From: Carcharhinus amblyrhynchos
Taxonomy: Eukaryota
Assembly: GCA_965287045.1 (NCBI GenBank)
Contig: OZ336903.1
Span: 1,054,001 to 1,118,000, forward strand
Length of the DNA: 64,000 nucleotides
Direction: 5' to 3'
Both the position numbers and the translations under genes were made by a program. Shown piece after piece: positions 13,801-25,295 of the stretch. Below the pieces are notes generated by a model. The model did not search any database and was not told the DNA's origin. It saw nothing but the letters and a program-made list of their open reading frames with translations. How positions within the stretch are numbered: position 1 is the stretch's first letter; the number at the start of each line of letters is the position of its first letter.

Positions 13801-16800
13801 ATCAGGTGTTTTCCCAACTTTAATAAACCAGCAATCTGATTGTATTCCTCTCTTGTGCTACATCAAATTTAATAATTTATTTATTATCTTTAACAAATTC
13901 AGGACCAAGTTTGCGCTTGGCTGGAGGTAACAACATCTGCTCCGGGAGAGTGGAGATATGGTGTAATAGAACCTGGGGCACGGTGTGTGATGATTCCTGG
14001 GATATGAACGATGCCAGTGTTGTCTGCAGACAGCTGGGCTGTGGCTCTGCTCTCGAGGCCACAGGAGGGGCCGCTTTTGGGCAGGGTAACGGTACTATCT
14101 GGCTGGATGAGGTGATGTGCACCGGAAGTGAATCCTTTCTGTTGGACTGCCCTTCATCATTCGCTCATTCTGACTGTGATCACAAGGAAGATGCCAGTGT
14201 GATTTGTTCCGGTAAGTGTCCCATTGAGCGGTGTGCTTTGGGACTGTGTGACGTTTTTCGCCCATTTTGGCTGAAGTTAATTCATGTTTTCAAATGTCTT
14301 TCTGACCAACAATGCAACTACTTGTCTCCCTTTTACCATATCTTCATCAGGTCCGGAATTATCTCCGACTGTTCTGCCCACACCTTCAGGTATGTCTCAG
14401 TAATAAATATCAATCACTATTACGGCTCATTTTACATTAGGATTCATAGTTGCCACACATTTGTATTGCCTTTTTTGTCAATTTCTACCGACAGTCTGAG
14501 TGTTTGATAATCATGTAAGTGTTTAAAACATTGTGGACACTTTATCTAAGAAAATTCCTTGAATCTTTCATCAAGGATATGAAGATGAAAGCACCTCCAT
14601 CCCTCTGGTGATCTGCATATCACTCGGTGTCCTGTTGATCTGTGAGTTCATCGCCCTTTTGGCAGTAATGCAGAGAAGATCATCAATAAAAGGTAAGGCC
14701 CGAATCATATCCCTGAACCCACGCTGAGTCATGGATGTTGCTTCATCCATCAGAGGGGCTTCTTTGCCGATTTACATAGAATGACTTGAATACATTTCAA
14801 AAAACAAATTAACTGAGTATTGACCAGTAATTTATTTTGAGTCACATGAGAAACAGTAAAATATTACTATAAATGAGGGAGTTATCTACATTCATATTCC
14901 TGCTCAATCCACCAGTGCATGGGATGCGGAACTGGATTTTTTAATGCAACAAATTGATCTCTAATGACCGGCACACTTTTGGAAAAGGAGGTGGCAGCAG
15001 ATATAGTAGATGTAGTTTTGTTATTTCATTGTTTCCGAGATTCTGGAAAGATATCAGTGGATTGGAAACACGCTGGTATGACACTTTCATTCAAGAAAAA
15101 GCAGAGGCATAAAAAAGGCAAACTGTAGACCACTTGTTTTGACCCCTCTGTTGGGAAGTTGTTGCAGTCAGTCATTAAGCAGGAGATAACTGATCAATGG
15201 AAAACAAAGCGGAATTCTCCAGAGTCAGCACGATTTAGTGAAGGACAACTTGTGCCTGACAAACTTGCTCATTTTTTTTGAGAGTTTGAATCGCGAGGTG
15301 GATGCTGGGCATCACGTGGATATGGCACATCTAGATTCTTGATGGCATTGGGCAAGAGTGTTAGATCCCAGAAGCTGGGCACAGAATGTTGGCTTGGATA
15401 GGGGATTAGTTGAATGAGACAAAGCACAGGATAGGGGTAAAAGGCTCCTTCTCTGGATAGAGAGCAAAATGTAATAGCAGGGATGACGCAGTATTCAGTT
15501 TTCAACAGTTTACAACTGATATAACTGACCTGTGATTCGAGCCAGAGTGAAACACGACAAGATTTGCAGATGATCCAAAGATGAGTGGGAAAGCAGGCCC
15601 TCATGAGATTACCGAGTTTACAGATGGATATTGACAGGCGAGGACAAAGGACCAGAATGTCACAGATGGAGATCATGTGGATACATTTGTGGTCAAACAT
15701 GTTCGCAGAGAGAAAAAAATAAAAGGGTAAATGATTATTGAACTGGGAAGCATATTCAAAGTCTGTCAATGCAGAGGCATCTGGGTGCACTTGTGCATGA
15801 ATGACAGAACGTTAATGTACAAATGCAGCATTTCGTAAGAACGACAATTTGAATATTGGCATTTACTGCAAAAGGACAGGAATTTAAATGCAAAGCAAAT
15901 ATCAGTCAGTAGATTGAAGAAAAGAAACAAGTATGTGTCTCAATGAAAGTTGGATAAATCTAAAATGGTGCAGGCAGGTTTGTGGATTTGAGACCAAGAT
16001 AAGATCAGGCATGATCATATAGAACTTTGGAGCGGGCTCAAATGGCTGAATTGCCGAATCTCGCTCCTAATTCCCGTGTTCCAACGCGTTCATTAATTAT
16101 TTAGCTACTGGCATTTTCTTCCCACTTACAATTGGTTGGAATCCAACACTGAGTTATTTTTTTGCCGTGTCAAGTTCCCCATCAGTACGTGATGGTATGA
16201 TTTTCCACAATTATCAATGCCAATACTGCATCCCAGCAAAACTATCCCACTAATATTACAGGATTCATGCCGGTAAATAGCGTCCCGCTCTCTGAGTCAG
16301 ATGCTCCATGTTCAGTCCCAAGATTTAATAGGAACACAGTGTCAGCACTTCCTGTAAAATCATTCCAAGGCAACAAGGCTGTGAGAACGGAAGATATCTC
16401 TGTTCGGCCATGGTTGGTATGGAGTGGCGCCCCTCTGGTAACGGGTTACTGACCTGCTCCATGTTAAAACATGGCCACGGAATCTGATGAATGCCTGCCT
16501 TTTGCACCATAAGTTTTGCACAGATAAACAAAACAACTGCAAGTGTCTAAACTCGCAGCGAGTTTTCTTGATTCCAATCTTATGCGCTGACTTTCACTGG
16601 TCTCTAAATGCCTCAGTGTTCCCTGTGATGGAGGCAGTGCCATCATCACTGGATTCATGATGCAGAGAAACAAAGTAAATTCTGCAGGACCCTGGTACGA
16701 ATCTAACCTCTACAGAGAATGAGATATGAAATCAATACAAATCATGAACAGGAATATAATTCCAGAATGTAAGAATATACTAATTGCCCCGATCTTCCTC

Positions 16801-19800
16801 CAACAGAACCTGCCGCGGGGAGCTGGGATCCAACTTCTGTTATATATCAAGCCATCTATGAAGAAATAGATGATATTCCTCCAGCCAAGCTATACACTCA
16901 GTCTCGTGGTTCAGGTTTGTGTGTGTTTTAACCCAAGCTGGATTGAAAAATACCGCTTCACGTTTATCCCCTTTTAGCCATGGTCAAGAGAAGCATTAAC
17001 CTCACTGTCCTCCTGTAGAAAGGAAACATTTTAAATGTCTTTATTTATCTTCAGAGTATTTGCTTGCTTTATAAATTACCAATACTCATTATTGTTCAAG
17101 AAAATTTTTGCCTTCTGTTTAAAAATAGAAAGCAGAGTAGCTATTGTCTGTTTCCAACGGCTTTGCAACTTGCACATATCAAAGTCTGATCTAAATCATA
17201 ATAAGTGAAATATTTGATTGAATGTGTTAATGCGCTCAATACTTTATTCCTGCTGGCCACATACACAGCGCCTAATTACAGGACAGATTAGTATTTGGGA
17301 AATTTCCTGGAGTGCAATATTCTTTTTTTTTGTAAAATTGGTAATTTTAAAACCTTTTCTGGACCGAATCAAAGATAAAATATATCAAGAGAAAGCAAAA
17401 AATAAACAATTGCAAACGATTAAATATAAGGGCGCATCCCCAATGCAAATGAGGAACGACAACCAGGGAAATGTATTAGACTCAGTGGAGTAGTGAACTG
17501 AGCCCAGCGAGATATGGAATCGGGGAAAGAAAAGTGATGATGTTATTTGTTAAGTTGGCAAAGGAGGACTACTTTATGAGTGAAAAATGGAATGTCAACT
17601 AACATAACGAAATATTCAATCAAAATAAAAGTAAAATGGCCAATTCAGAATTTACTTCAGGTGTTTTCGAAGGATAGATTGTACAGTCACTATAATGAAA
17701 TGAGAGAAATATTAATCAATTGTTTATTTCAGTTTATACCAGAGATAACACTTAAGTTCATGACTTCACATCATGTGAATGGGAATTATATCAACAGTTA
17801 GAAACAAACATGAACTTAAAGCATCAAACTCATTCGGACATTTTCATCCATCCATTTTCAATGAAAGGGAAATTCTAGCAGAAGCAGAATTGCAGCTTTT
17901 CACCGAGTCATTAATAAAGTGTGTAATTCCAAACTGCTGGTGGAGAGCAAATAGTGATGCTGTGATTAGGAAAGTAAAAAAGGAAAATGACAGTAAAATA
18001 GGTAACAGTTTACTGAACATTATTTGGAGAAAAGCCAATCGAATTTCGACCAAAGGAAAAACAGAAAATGTTTACATTAAAGCAAAACGAAGAAGTCAGT
18101 GCACCTTTCATGCTGGGATTCCTCACATAATCAACATAATCAAAACCTCACAAACGTCATCAGAGTAGATGCCTAAACATCAGGAAAATATTTTTCTCGT
18201 GCCCAACGTTCATTAGGGAACTGCCATCTCATACACCAAAGAGCGGGGCAGTGCCCTGTCTGCTCTTTCTTCAGTAAGTTCCAGCATTTCCTGTATCTCA
18301 AACGTTTCCAAATCCTTGTTCCATCCCAGCACTTCAACAGAAAAACGAAAGCTGACGTTTTCATTATTGCTGACGGCACGGTGGCACAGTGGTTAGCAAT
18401 AATGCCTCACAACTCCAGGACCTGGGTTCATTTTCTGGCTTGGATCACAGTCTGTGTATTGTTTGCACCTTCCACCCATGTCTGTGTCACTTTCCTTCAG
18501 ATGTCCCGGTTTCCTCCTAAAGTCCAAAGATGTGCATATTCGGTTGATTGACCATGCTAAATTGCCCCTTAGTGGAGGTCAGAGGGATAAGTTGGGTTCA
18601 TATGTTTGGCTGCGGGGACAGAGCCGAGGTGAAAGTGTTGTCCGTGCAACCTCTATGGGTCAGATGGCCTCCCTCTGCATGGTGGGGGATCTATGAGTCT
18701 GTGGATTTTCAATTCTGATGATGAAAGGCTGGGGAGTAAAACGACAGCGAAAAGTGTTTCTGGATCATAAAAGCCGGTCCACTCGCCCAGATGTAATTGT
18801 TTTTTTTTTAAATAATACATGTTCCTCGTTCACTGATATCTCACACATTATCTCTCCTCAGGGACTGGACATTTCGGAGCCAGCGTAACATGTTTTGTCC
18901 AATAACGTAGTGCTGGTTCTTCACTTTAGACCACTGTAGTCAGTCGGCGGACAGTCCGCCCAAAGTGGTGCCAGGATCAAATGCCAGGATATTTCCACAG
19001 AGGAGATGAAGTTGTTGTGATCTCTACTCTGATTTTCTGAATCACTCTCTGCCATGATAACATCGCAATGGCTCGATAAACAACTTGCCAACTAACCAAT
19101 TATTTTGTGCTTACCAGTTTCTTCAAGCATTGACTCCTTCAATCAGATTGAATATTACACCAGTCACAGTTTGGGAGACACGGATCCTGGATCAGAATAT
19201 CCTGAAGTAGAATCCTCCTCTATTCCGGGTAGGTATAATTTCACATCCTACCATTTCCTTCTGGGCCTTTCCACTCTGTAATATCTAAAATAGCTTCTGA
19301 AATCTCTAAACGTGTACACCATGACGTGCACACCATGAAATGACAGCGCCAAATAGCTCAGATATTGCAGAATGATTTCAGTTGCAGAAACGTTGAATCT
19401 GAAACAATGTTTTACCATCATTCAGAACAATTGGAATGACCGTGAATCTCCCCAGAAGCCTCTCTTGGCTCTGAATTGTGCACTGGTTTGTGGGATCGGT
19501 GGCTCATTAGAACAGTATAAATTTGAACTAAAATTAAAAGAAAACAGCACAATTTCGTCCAATCTTTCCCATGCTCTAATTCACTGGTCTCCACGCCACA
19601 ATAGATCAATATCTGTTCCATAATTGCTGTGGAAATAGACATTTAAGGAGATCATTCTAACTGTCCATTATTACTAATTAATTACAATTCAAATACTTTT
19701 CTCTCTCAGCTCCTGCTTTGACAGACTATGACGACGCTGAGACTGAAAACATTGACTCTCAGAGTGGGCACTTGCTGCTGAACCGGGACCCTGACGGTAT

Positions 19801-22481
19801 CTTCACTTTGACAAGTTCCAGCGGTGATCTCAGCACTCTGGGTGAGATAATTCTTTGATTGTTCCTTTTCTTAAACAGTCGACCGGGATCAGTACACAAT
19901 AAGTTGATAAGAAATTGGAACAGGATTAGGCTGTTCAGCCCCGCGAGCCTGGCCGGCCCCTCAGTGGATCATGACTAATCAGACATTCATCATATTGACT
20001 CTCTTGCCCTTTCCCCGGATCCCTTCATTCCTTTACTGATTAATGGTTTACCAATCACAGCCTTAAATGTGCACAAGGACTCTGCCTCCACAGCTCTCTG
20101 TGGCAACGAGTTCCAAAGATTCACAACATGTTGAGAGAAATAAAAAACACTTCAAATTTCAGTCTCAAGTTGGTTCCCTTTCATCTCATTCTGCGCAGTC
20201 TGGTGCTAGAATCTCTAATGTGTGGGTGGGAGGGGGAGGGGGTGACAACATCCTCTCAGCATTTATCCTGTCGATCCCCATAACAATCCTATGTTTCAAT
20301 GAGATAACCTCTTATTCTACCGAATACCAATGTGCATAGTGGCAGCGATGTTTCTTTTGCCATTATTAATCAGTATTTGTGCAGTGACTATATTTGCCTC
20401 TCGTCGTTGAGTATCCGAGCTCCGATGTTACATCTTACTGTTCTCTCTTTATTATTGTTTCTCGTGTTTCTCTTTCCTATGTCACGCAGTTTGTGTTCCC
20501 ATCAACTTGTCATTCTGTTTTATCCCTTCCAAACCACACTATCAAACACTCACCACAGGACAGCATTTCCCGTCCCAGCCAGGTACAGCGCGTTCACTTT
20601 ATATTGATCTCGCCCCATCACCACCGCCCCCCCTCCCCCTCCCCCTCCCGCCACCCCCACAGCCCCTGAACCTCTCCCAACGTCCCAGGAATCTAAAACC
20701 CGTCACCATAGCACCAGATTCGCAGCCAGGTACTCAGCTGATATTCCGGCAATATTAACTTTGCCCAATAGGAGGAGCTGTTAGTAGCTCTGAAATCACC
20801 AGATTTGAGGTAATAATTTTCAACTGACTTCCTATCCCCATGATGCGCTTTTGCATATAGTTTTTGTGAACTTAATTGATTAATACCGATGCAAATCACG
20901 GCAAGTGGCTCTTCAGCGCCCCCTGCTGAATATCTCCCAACTGCCCTGAGAAATCCTTGACTCGAACACCAGGGGCGCAACATTCCAGCCTGGAGTATCG
21001 TTTCCGGCCAAAGGAATGCCTTCCAATTTCCCTGACATTTGAATCTCATATAAGGATTGCATTTCCACACTTTCTGCTTCTATCTCGTGCAATGGAGCCA
21101 TATATGGTGCTATCAATTGGGATGTTATTCCCATCACATGAGAAGCCGTTACCCCAACAGGATCAAAATCAGCCCACCATCAGTGGCACCTCCGCGCCAG
21201 GCCCTAAATATTGTCCCTGCTCGTCTGCCTAACACTAAGGGGCGATTTAGCATGGCCAATCAACCCAACCTGCACTTCATTGGACCGTGGAGTGAACCGG
21301 AGCACCCTGGGAAACCCACGCAGACACGGAGAGAACATGCAAACTTCACACAGTGAGATGGGGATTGAAAACCCGTGATTGAAAACCCCTGATGCTGTGA
21401 GTCCGCAGTGCTAACCACTGTCTCACCGTGCTGCCCTTATTTTCTTTTCATTAATTTAAAACAATCTGGATTCAGACCGATATTCAGATTGAAACAAATC
21501 TTTAAATTAAATTATACCATTCCTTCAAACTGAGCCCTTGTGACTCCCTGTTTCTCGAAGCTCCTGACAAGGCCACACTGAATAGCCTTCTGTTTTTGGC
21601 CCGAAATTCAAGGCTTCTGAAGCTGCATTAATCCTGATTTCTAATTAACTCGCTCCAGCTGAGAGGCTGGGAAAACCTGTTTCCAATCTGCGATTAAAAT
21701 TCACCCAATCAAAAGTGCAATGTTTAATCGATTGCTAAAATAATGAACAAAGTAGATTGAAATTTAACATTTCCTGGATACTGTGAGGAAATCCCTGTCA
21801 TTTCTGATCTCCTTCATGGAGTCCCATGCTGTGACTGCTTTCTGAATTGATTATCACCTCTGATTATTACTGCAGTCTCCCGCCCTCTTGTGTGGAATAT
21901 ACTCGCTCTGGTGTGCAGCCGATCAAAGAATAATTGGTATTTGGGTTTAGTTCCTGTCGCGACTGAGCAGAATTGTATTAAACAAGGAACCTACTTTAAG
22001 CCCAAAGTTCAGCAAAAATATGTCCAACCCCCACAATGTACAGTAAATCCGTATTAATCCAATCTTATCGGTTCCTTCCACGCCAGCCAAGGATTACAAA
22101 GATTTCTGTGGCACAAGTAGGGACATTGGGCAGTGACCATTCATTTCCGAAGTTTAAACATATACATTATAATGTTAAACCGTATTTTATGAGATTTTCC
22201 AACGGGAATGCCGCAGTGTAGGGATGTGATCTGTCCCGTGTGGTTTCTGCTTTGTGATTTCCTGCAGTATTTTCAGTGGTGCATTACATTGAAAGTATCG
22301 GAGACAATGTGCAGTGTGTGTTTGATAGAAAGAAACTGCCAGTTGAACTGGAATATAATACAAGTACTTGTGTAGTGTTGAACTGATTGTGGAAATGGTT
22401 GTTATTCTCACTCATTTTTCTTTTACCGTTTCAGGTCATAGTCATCACAAAATTCAGGATGTGACGTCCTCAGACATGTGA
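1783..22481 (+). CDS. Gene A: CD163/WC1/SCART-like SRCR type I membrane receptor, 5'-partial (signal-peptide exon upstream of window), 6 intact SRCR domains
   Basis: Exons 1783-1815, 2784-3107, 6103-6417, 10140-10454, 12056-12370, 13346-13663, 13749-13805, 13903-14211, 14351-14389, 14576-14692 (TM), 16807-16914, 19118-19228, 19710-19841, 22435-22481 (TGA). All AG/GT bounded, all phase 1, spliced frame open. Each exon has a counterpart in gene B of identical length, except SRCR D1 (324 vs 333 bp). Confidence 0.88.
2784..3107 (+). CDS. Gene A SRCR D1 (distal domain, 6 Cys, no C2/C7)
   Basis: [27 protein letters not shown]...DAGVICS; tttacag| and |gtaaaa. Confidence 0.93.
3539..3663 (+). pseudogene. 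Orphan 3' fragment of an SRCR D1 exon
   Basis: Encodes [36 protein letters not shown] followed by donor gtaaaa. The 5' two-thirds is replaced by a copy of intron sequence ~1175-1348. No in-frame acceptor. Confidence 0.85.
5716..5930 (+). pseudogene. Decayed SRCR exon in gene A
   Basis: Relic ADGE*CSR* near 5743-5770 and [21 protein letters not shown] at ~5860-5922, comparable to gene B D2 [21 protein letters not shown]. Stops, frameshifts and no donor. Confidence 0.6.
6103..6417 (+). CDS. Gene A SRCR D3
   Basis: [27 protein letters not shown]...[12 protein letters not shown]; 315 bp, aaacag| |gtgagt. Confidence 0.93.
7751..9840 (-). mobile_element. CR1-clade LINE, 5'-truncated, with long reverse transcriptase ORF (8033-9829)
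   Basis: RT motifs [45 protein letters not shown]-terminus continues after a frameshift in a G-run (ORF 7861-8046). 3' tail (TTCTTATG)n at 7751-7785. Absent from the equivalent ~310-bp intron of gene B. Confidence 0.95.
10140..10454 (+). CDS. Gene A SRCR D4 (6 Cys, no C2/C7)
   Basis: [27 protein letters not shown]...GVGVLCS; 315 bp. Confidence 0.93.
10915..11165 (-). mobile_element. tRNA-derived SINE remnant (HE1/V-SINE-like)
   Basis: Reverse complement shows cacagtggttagc...cagggacccgcgttcgatttt...gtctctatggaatttgtacattctctccgtgtctgc. Confidence 0.6.
12056..12370 (+). CDS. Gene A SRCR D5
   Basis: [34 protein letters not shown]...[12 protein letters not shown]; 315 bp. Confidence 0.93.
13346..13663 (+). 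CDS. Gene A SRCR D6
   Basis: [19 protein letters not shown]...[12 protein letters not shown]; 318 bp. Confidence 0.93.
13749..13805 (+). CDS. Gene A linker exon ([19 protein letters not shown])
   Basis: caacag| |gtgttt, 57 bp, phase 1-1; conserved in gene B 33431-33487. Confidence 0.75.
13903..14211 (+). CDS. Gene A SRCR D7 (membrane-proximal, 9 Cys)
   Basis: [31 protein letters not shown]...[12 protein letters not shown]; 309 bp. Confidence 0.93.
14351..14389 (+). CDS. Gene A Pro/Ser/Thr stalk exon ([13 protein letters not shown])
   Basis: catcag| |gtatgt, 39 bp; conserved in gene B. Confidence 0.8.
14576..14692 (+). CDS. Gene A transmembrane exon
   Basis: [38 protein letters not shown]: hydrophobic span followed by basic stop-transfer residues; |gtaagg. 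Confidence 0.88.
14980..16085 (+). mobile_element. Old degraded CR1 LINE, inserted before the duplication
   Basis: Degenerate RT-coding sequence and CR1 3' end; counterpart at ~30720-32240 in the other arm. Confidence 0.75.
16807..16914 (+). CDS. Gene A cytoplasmic exon 1 ([11 protein letters not shown])
   Basis: caacag| |gtttgt, 108 bp. Confidence 0.85.
18375..18700 (+). mobile_element. tRNA-derived SINE (HE1/V-SINE-like)
   Basis: ggcacggtggcacagtggttagc...cctgggttc head, central tttgcac...ccggtttcctcc...gattgaccatgctaaattgcccct, LINE-like tail. Confidence 0.85.
19118..19228 (+). CDS. Gene A cytoplasmic exon 2 (IEYYTS...SEYPEV)
   Basis: ttaccag| |gtaggt, 111 bp. Confidence 0.85.
19710..19841 (+). 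CDS. Gene A cytoplasmic exon 3 (TDYDDAE)
   Basis: ctctcag| |gtgaga, 132 bp. Confidence 0.85.
21230..21436 (-). mobile_element. tRNA-derived SINE (HE1/V-SINE-like)
   Basis: Reverse complement starts gggcagcacggtgagacagtggttagcactgc and includes gattggccatgctaaatcgcccct. Confidence 0.8.
22435..22481 (+). CDS. Gene A terminal coding exon ([15 protein letters not shown])
   Basis: cgtttcag| acceptor; stop position conserved in gene B. Confidence 0.8.
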
Positions 22482-22831
22482 CTTAAATCAATGGGGACGC
22501 CCATTAAGTTTTCCACAAATGTCACCATGTCGAATATGCTTTAATCTCACATAAATGCGTAGTTGTTTTTGGATCAATATGTTATTATTTCATGTTGTGT
22601 AATTTGTGAATGATTATTTCTTTCTTTGTTTTATATGAAAGAGTAAACGTTTTGTTCAATTAATAATGAAGAACAACATGGAATGAGTATCGAGTATTGC
22701 ACTGTCCATATTGAACTCGTTACATTGTATTGCATTGTGGAACGGAGCCATGATTATAATTCAAGGTGTTATGCGTTTTTTTTGTCAAATGGACTTCACG
22801 TTTATTTTGTAAAAGCTTCACTTCTTATGCC

Positions 22832-22857
22832 ATTAAATAAAGATTAGGGCGAATAAA
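22832..22857 (+). terminator. Gene A polyadenylation signals
   Basis: ATTAAATAAA (AATAAA 22836-22841) and a second AATAAA at 22852-22857; the first is conserved in gene B. Confidence 0.65.
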
Positions 22858-23474
22858 TACATGGTTTGCTTAAGTTTTCTTCATTTGTTATATTCTCGAT
22901 CGCCATGGAGGCGGAGGTGGGGTGGGGCGGGCGGGGTGGCGGTGGTGGGATGGGTCTGGTGGGGGGGCGGTGCTCCACTGCATTTCCCCAGCAACTAAAT
23001 CCAACCCGATTACATCTCAGCACCACCCTAAACACTGGAGACCGTTGAGTAGCGGGAGGTATGAAGATGCTGCTCAGATTCCCATGTCTCCTTTTCATTT
23101 TAATTCCACAAGATTTAATATCCAGTAATCCGTTAGTTTTCATTTCCTCCGGATAAGCCCCTGTCCGATCGCCCGGAAATTCTAACCATCCTTCGGTCGT
23201 TATGGCATTAAAACAGAAACATTAATTAGCGGAAGACCGTTATTTCATAAATACATAAATATTGGAAATAGTGATCAAACTGGAGAATTCCGACACCATT
23301 TCCTGAGCGCAGATTAAGACGGAAATGTTTACATATCGGCCCACTTCGCTCGCATTGTTTTTTGGCCTGTGAGCTTGCTGTATTCCGCTGTGTCAGGCCC
23401 ACAACGCCTCGTTGTCAATAAAGTTGTTGAAAAGTGAATTGCAGGGACAGTGGCACCAGCGGTTGGAGGAGAGA

Positions 23475-23770
23475 GTTTATTTATTCGTATCACGAGTAGG
23501 CTGACATTGACACTGCAATGAAGTTACTGCACAAATCCTCCAGTCGCCACAGCGGCACCTATTCGGGTACACTGAGTGAGTACTGAGCATGGTCAATCCT
23601 TCATTAGCACATCATTCTGAGTGTGAGAATAAACCAGAGCACCGGGGGGAAACCCGCACAGACATGGGGAGTACATGCTGACTCCGCATTGAAAATGACC
23701 CAAGCCAGGAATTGAACGCGTTTCCTTGGCACTGTCTCGCAGCAGCGCTCAGCACAGAGCCACCATGCGG
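23475..23770 (-). mobile_element. Degenerate tRNA-derived SINE
   Basis: Reverse complement: atggtggctctgtg...gcgttcaattcctggcttgggtc...ctccccatgtctgtgcgggtttccccc. Confidence 0.6.
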
Positions 23771-23779
23771 GTGAAAGGA

Positions 23780-24265
23780 GGAGGAGGAACAGAAACGCCA
23801 GCTGTGGGAGGGGAGTGACAGAGCGAGAGGGGGAGACGCAGTGCCACCAGCCATGGTTTGAGGGAATGGCTGAGGGAAGGGACAAACAAAGTCATCAGCG
23901 GTGGGAGGTTAGAGGGACAGAAACAGAGCGGGAGAGACAGCGACTCAAGCGGTTGGAGGAGAGAATGACAGGGCGAAAAATGGAGAGACAGTGACACCAG
24001 CCGTGGTTGGGGTGGGAGATCGAGAGAACGAGAAACATCAGCGGTGGGAAAAGAAAGTGACAGAGCGAGAAGGGGGGAGCACAGAGGCACCACCAGTGGG
24101 ATGAGAGAGTGACAGAGCGAAGAGGTCAGTGACAGCGGCACCAGCGGTAGGAGGAGGGAGTGCGAGAGAGAGGGAGTGACACACTGACACCAGCGGTGGG
24201 AGGAGAGAGTGCGCGAGAGAGGCAGTGACACACCGACACCAGCAGTGGGAGGAGAGAGTGCGAGG
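23780..24265. repeat. Degenerate GA-rich tandem repeat
   Basis: Recurrent caccagcggtgggagg...gagtgacagagcgaga units of irregular length. Confidence 0.75.
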
Positions 24266-24740
24266 TGAAGAAGCGGTGAAATTGCTTCAAATTGCTGTCA
24301 AATTGTGGAATTGTCAGGTTATTCGTGTAAGACTTCAGAAACATGTTGGTGTAATGTTGGGTGGAATCATAGAAGGAAATGGGAAATGTATACATTAAGA
24401 ATTCATTAACTAATTGCTTAATGTACAACAATAAATAAATATTGTCCCGGAAATGGGCGATCCGTTGATGCAAATAATGATCCCTGATCTAAATTTCCAG
24501 GAAGAAAGAATATCCTTGCCACATCTACCCTTTCAGTACCCTCCAGGATCTTAGAGGTTTTGATCAAATGGCTTCCTACTGTCCTAAACTGCAGTGAATG
24601 CAAACCGGGTCTCTGCAAACTTACTGCAGCAGTAACCAGTCCATTACAGATATTAGTCCAGTACACTTTTTTTTTTCAACTCCTTCCCATAGAATTAATT
24701 ATTTCCTTCAATAAGGAGTCTATAAGCGTACACAATATTC

Positions 24741-24982
24741 CAAGATGGCCGCCTGCTGTCTCCCCTGGCAACGCAAGATGGCCGCCTGCCGTCTGCCCTG
24801 GCAATGCAAGATGGCCGCCTGCCGTCCCCCTGGCAACGCAAGACGGCCGCCTGCCGTCTCCCTGGCAACGTAAGATGGCCGCCGGCCGTCTCCCCTGGCA
24901 ACGCAAGATGGCCGCCTGCCATCTCCCCTGGTAACGCAAGATGGCCGCCGGCTGACTCTTCCAGCAATACAAGATGGCCGCC
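24741..24982. repeat. 32-33 bp GC-rich minisatellite, 7 full units plus 1 partial
   Basis: Unit caagatggccgcctgccgtctcccctggcaacg starting at 24741, 24774, 24807, 24839, 24871, 24904, 24937, 24970. Confidence 0.95.
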
Positions 24983-25095
24983 AGCGATGGGTCTCCCTGC
25001 AGCCCATTGTCCAGATTGTCCCCGGTGGATGTGGTGGGGATGGTGCAGCAGATGGAGCAACAATCTCAGTTTCAATGGGGGGAAGAAGCTGCAAT

Positions 25096-25112
25096 GCTGC
25101 CCCCTGGTGTAC
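25096..25112 (-). promoter_or_regulatory. CTCF-like motif
   Basis: Reverse complement GTACACCAGGGGGCAGC resembles the CTCF core CCACCAGGGGGC(G/A); motif match only. Confidence 0.4.
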
Positions 25113-25295
25113 ACTCCTCTCCTGTCTCTGCATTGCAGAGTGTTTAAAGCCAGAGAGTGAATTGTCAGCGCAGCACCTTGACCCCAGGGATCAAACTACC
25201 CCCACTTAAAACCATCAAATCCTGACAGTGCATGGACTCTGCATCGACAGGGCATCTTATCCGATTCCCCTCCCCTCACACAGTTACCCTCTGAT

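Noticed and set aside
2784-14211. Assigning a gene symbol such as DMBT1 or CD163
   Set aside because: There are no CUB or ZP domains, the long Tyr-motif tail is unlike CD163A, and orthology cannot be set without a phylogeny.
24741-24982. CRISPR-like appearance of the 33-bp array
   Set aside because: Units are head-to-tail with no unique spacers, the context is eukaryotic and there are no cas genes.
24560-25160. Overlapping ORFs on both strands (also 49338-49824, 50414-51194, 52903-53442)
   Set aside because: By-products of stop-poor tandem or low-complexity repeats; no splice structure or domain signal.
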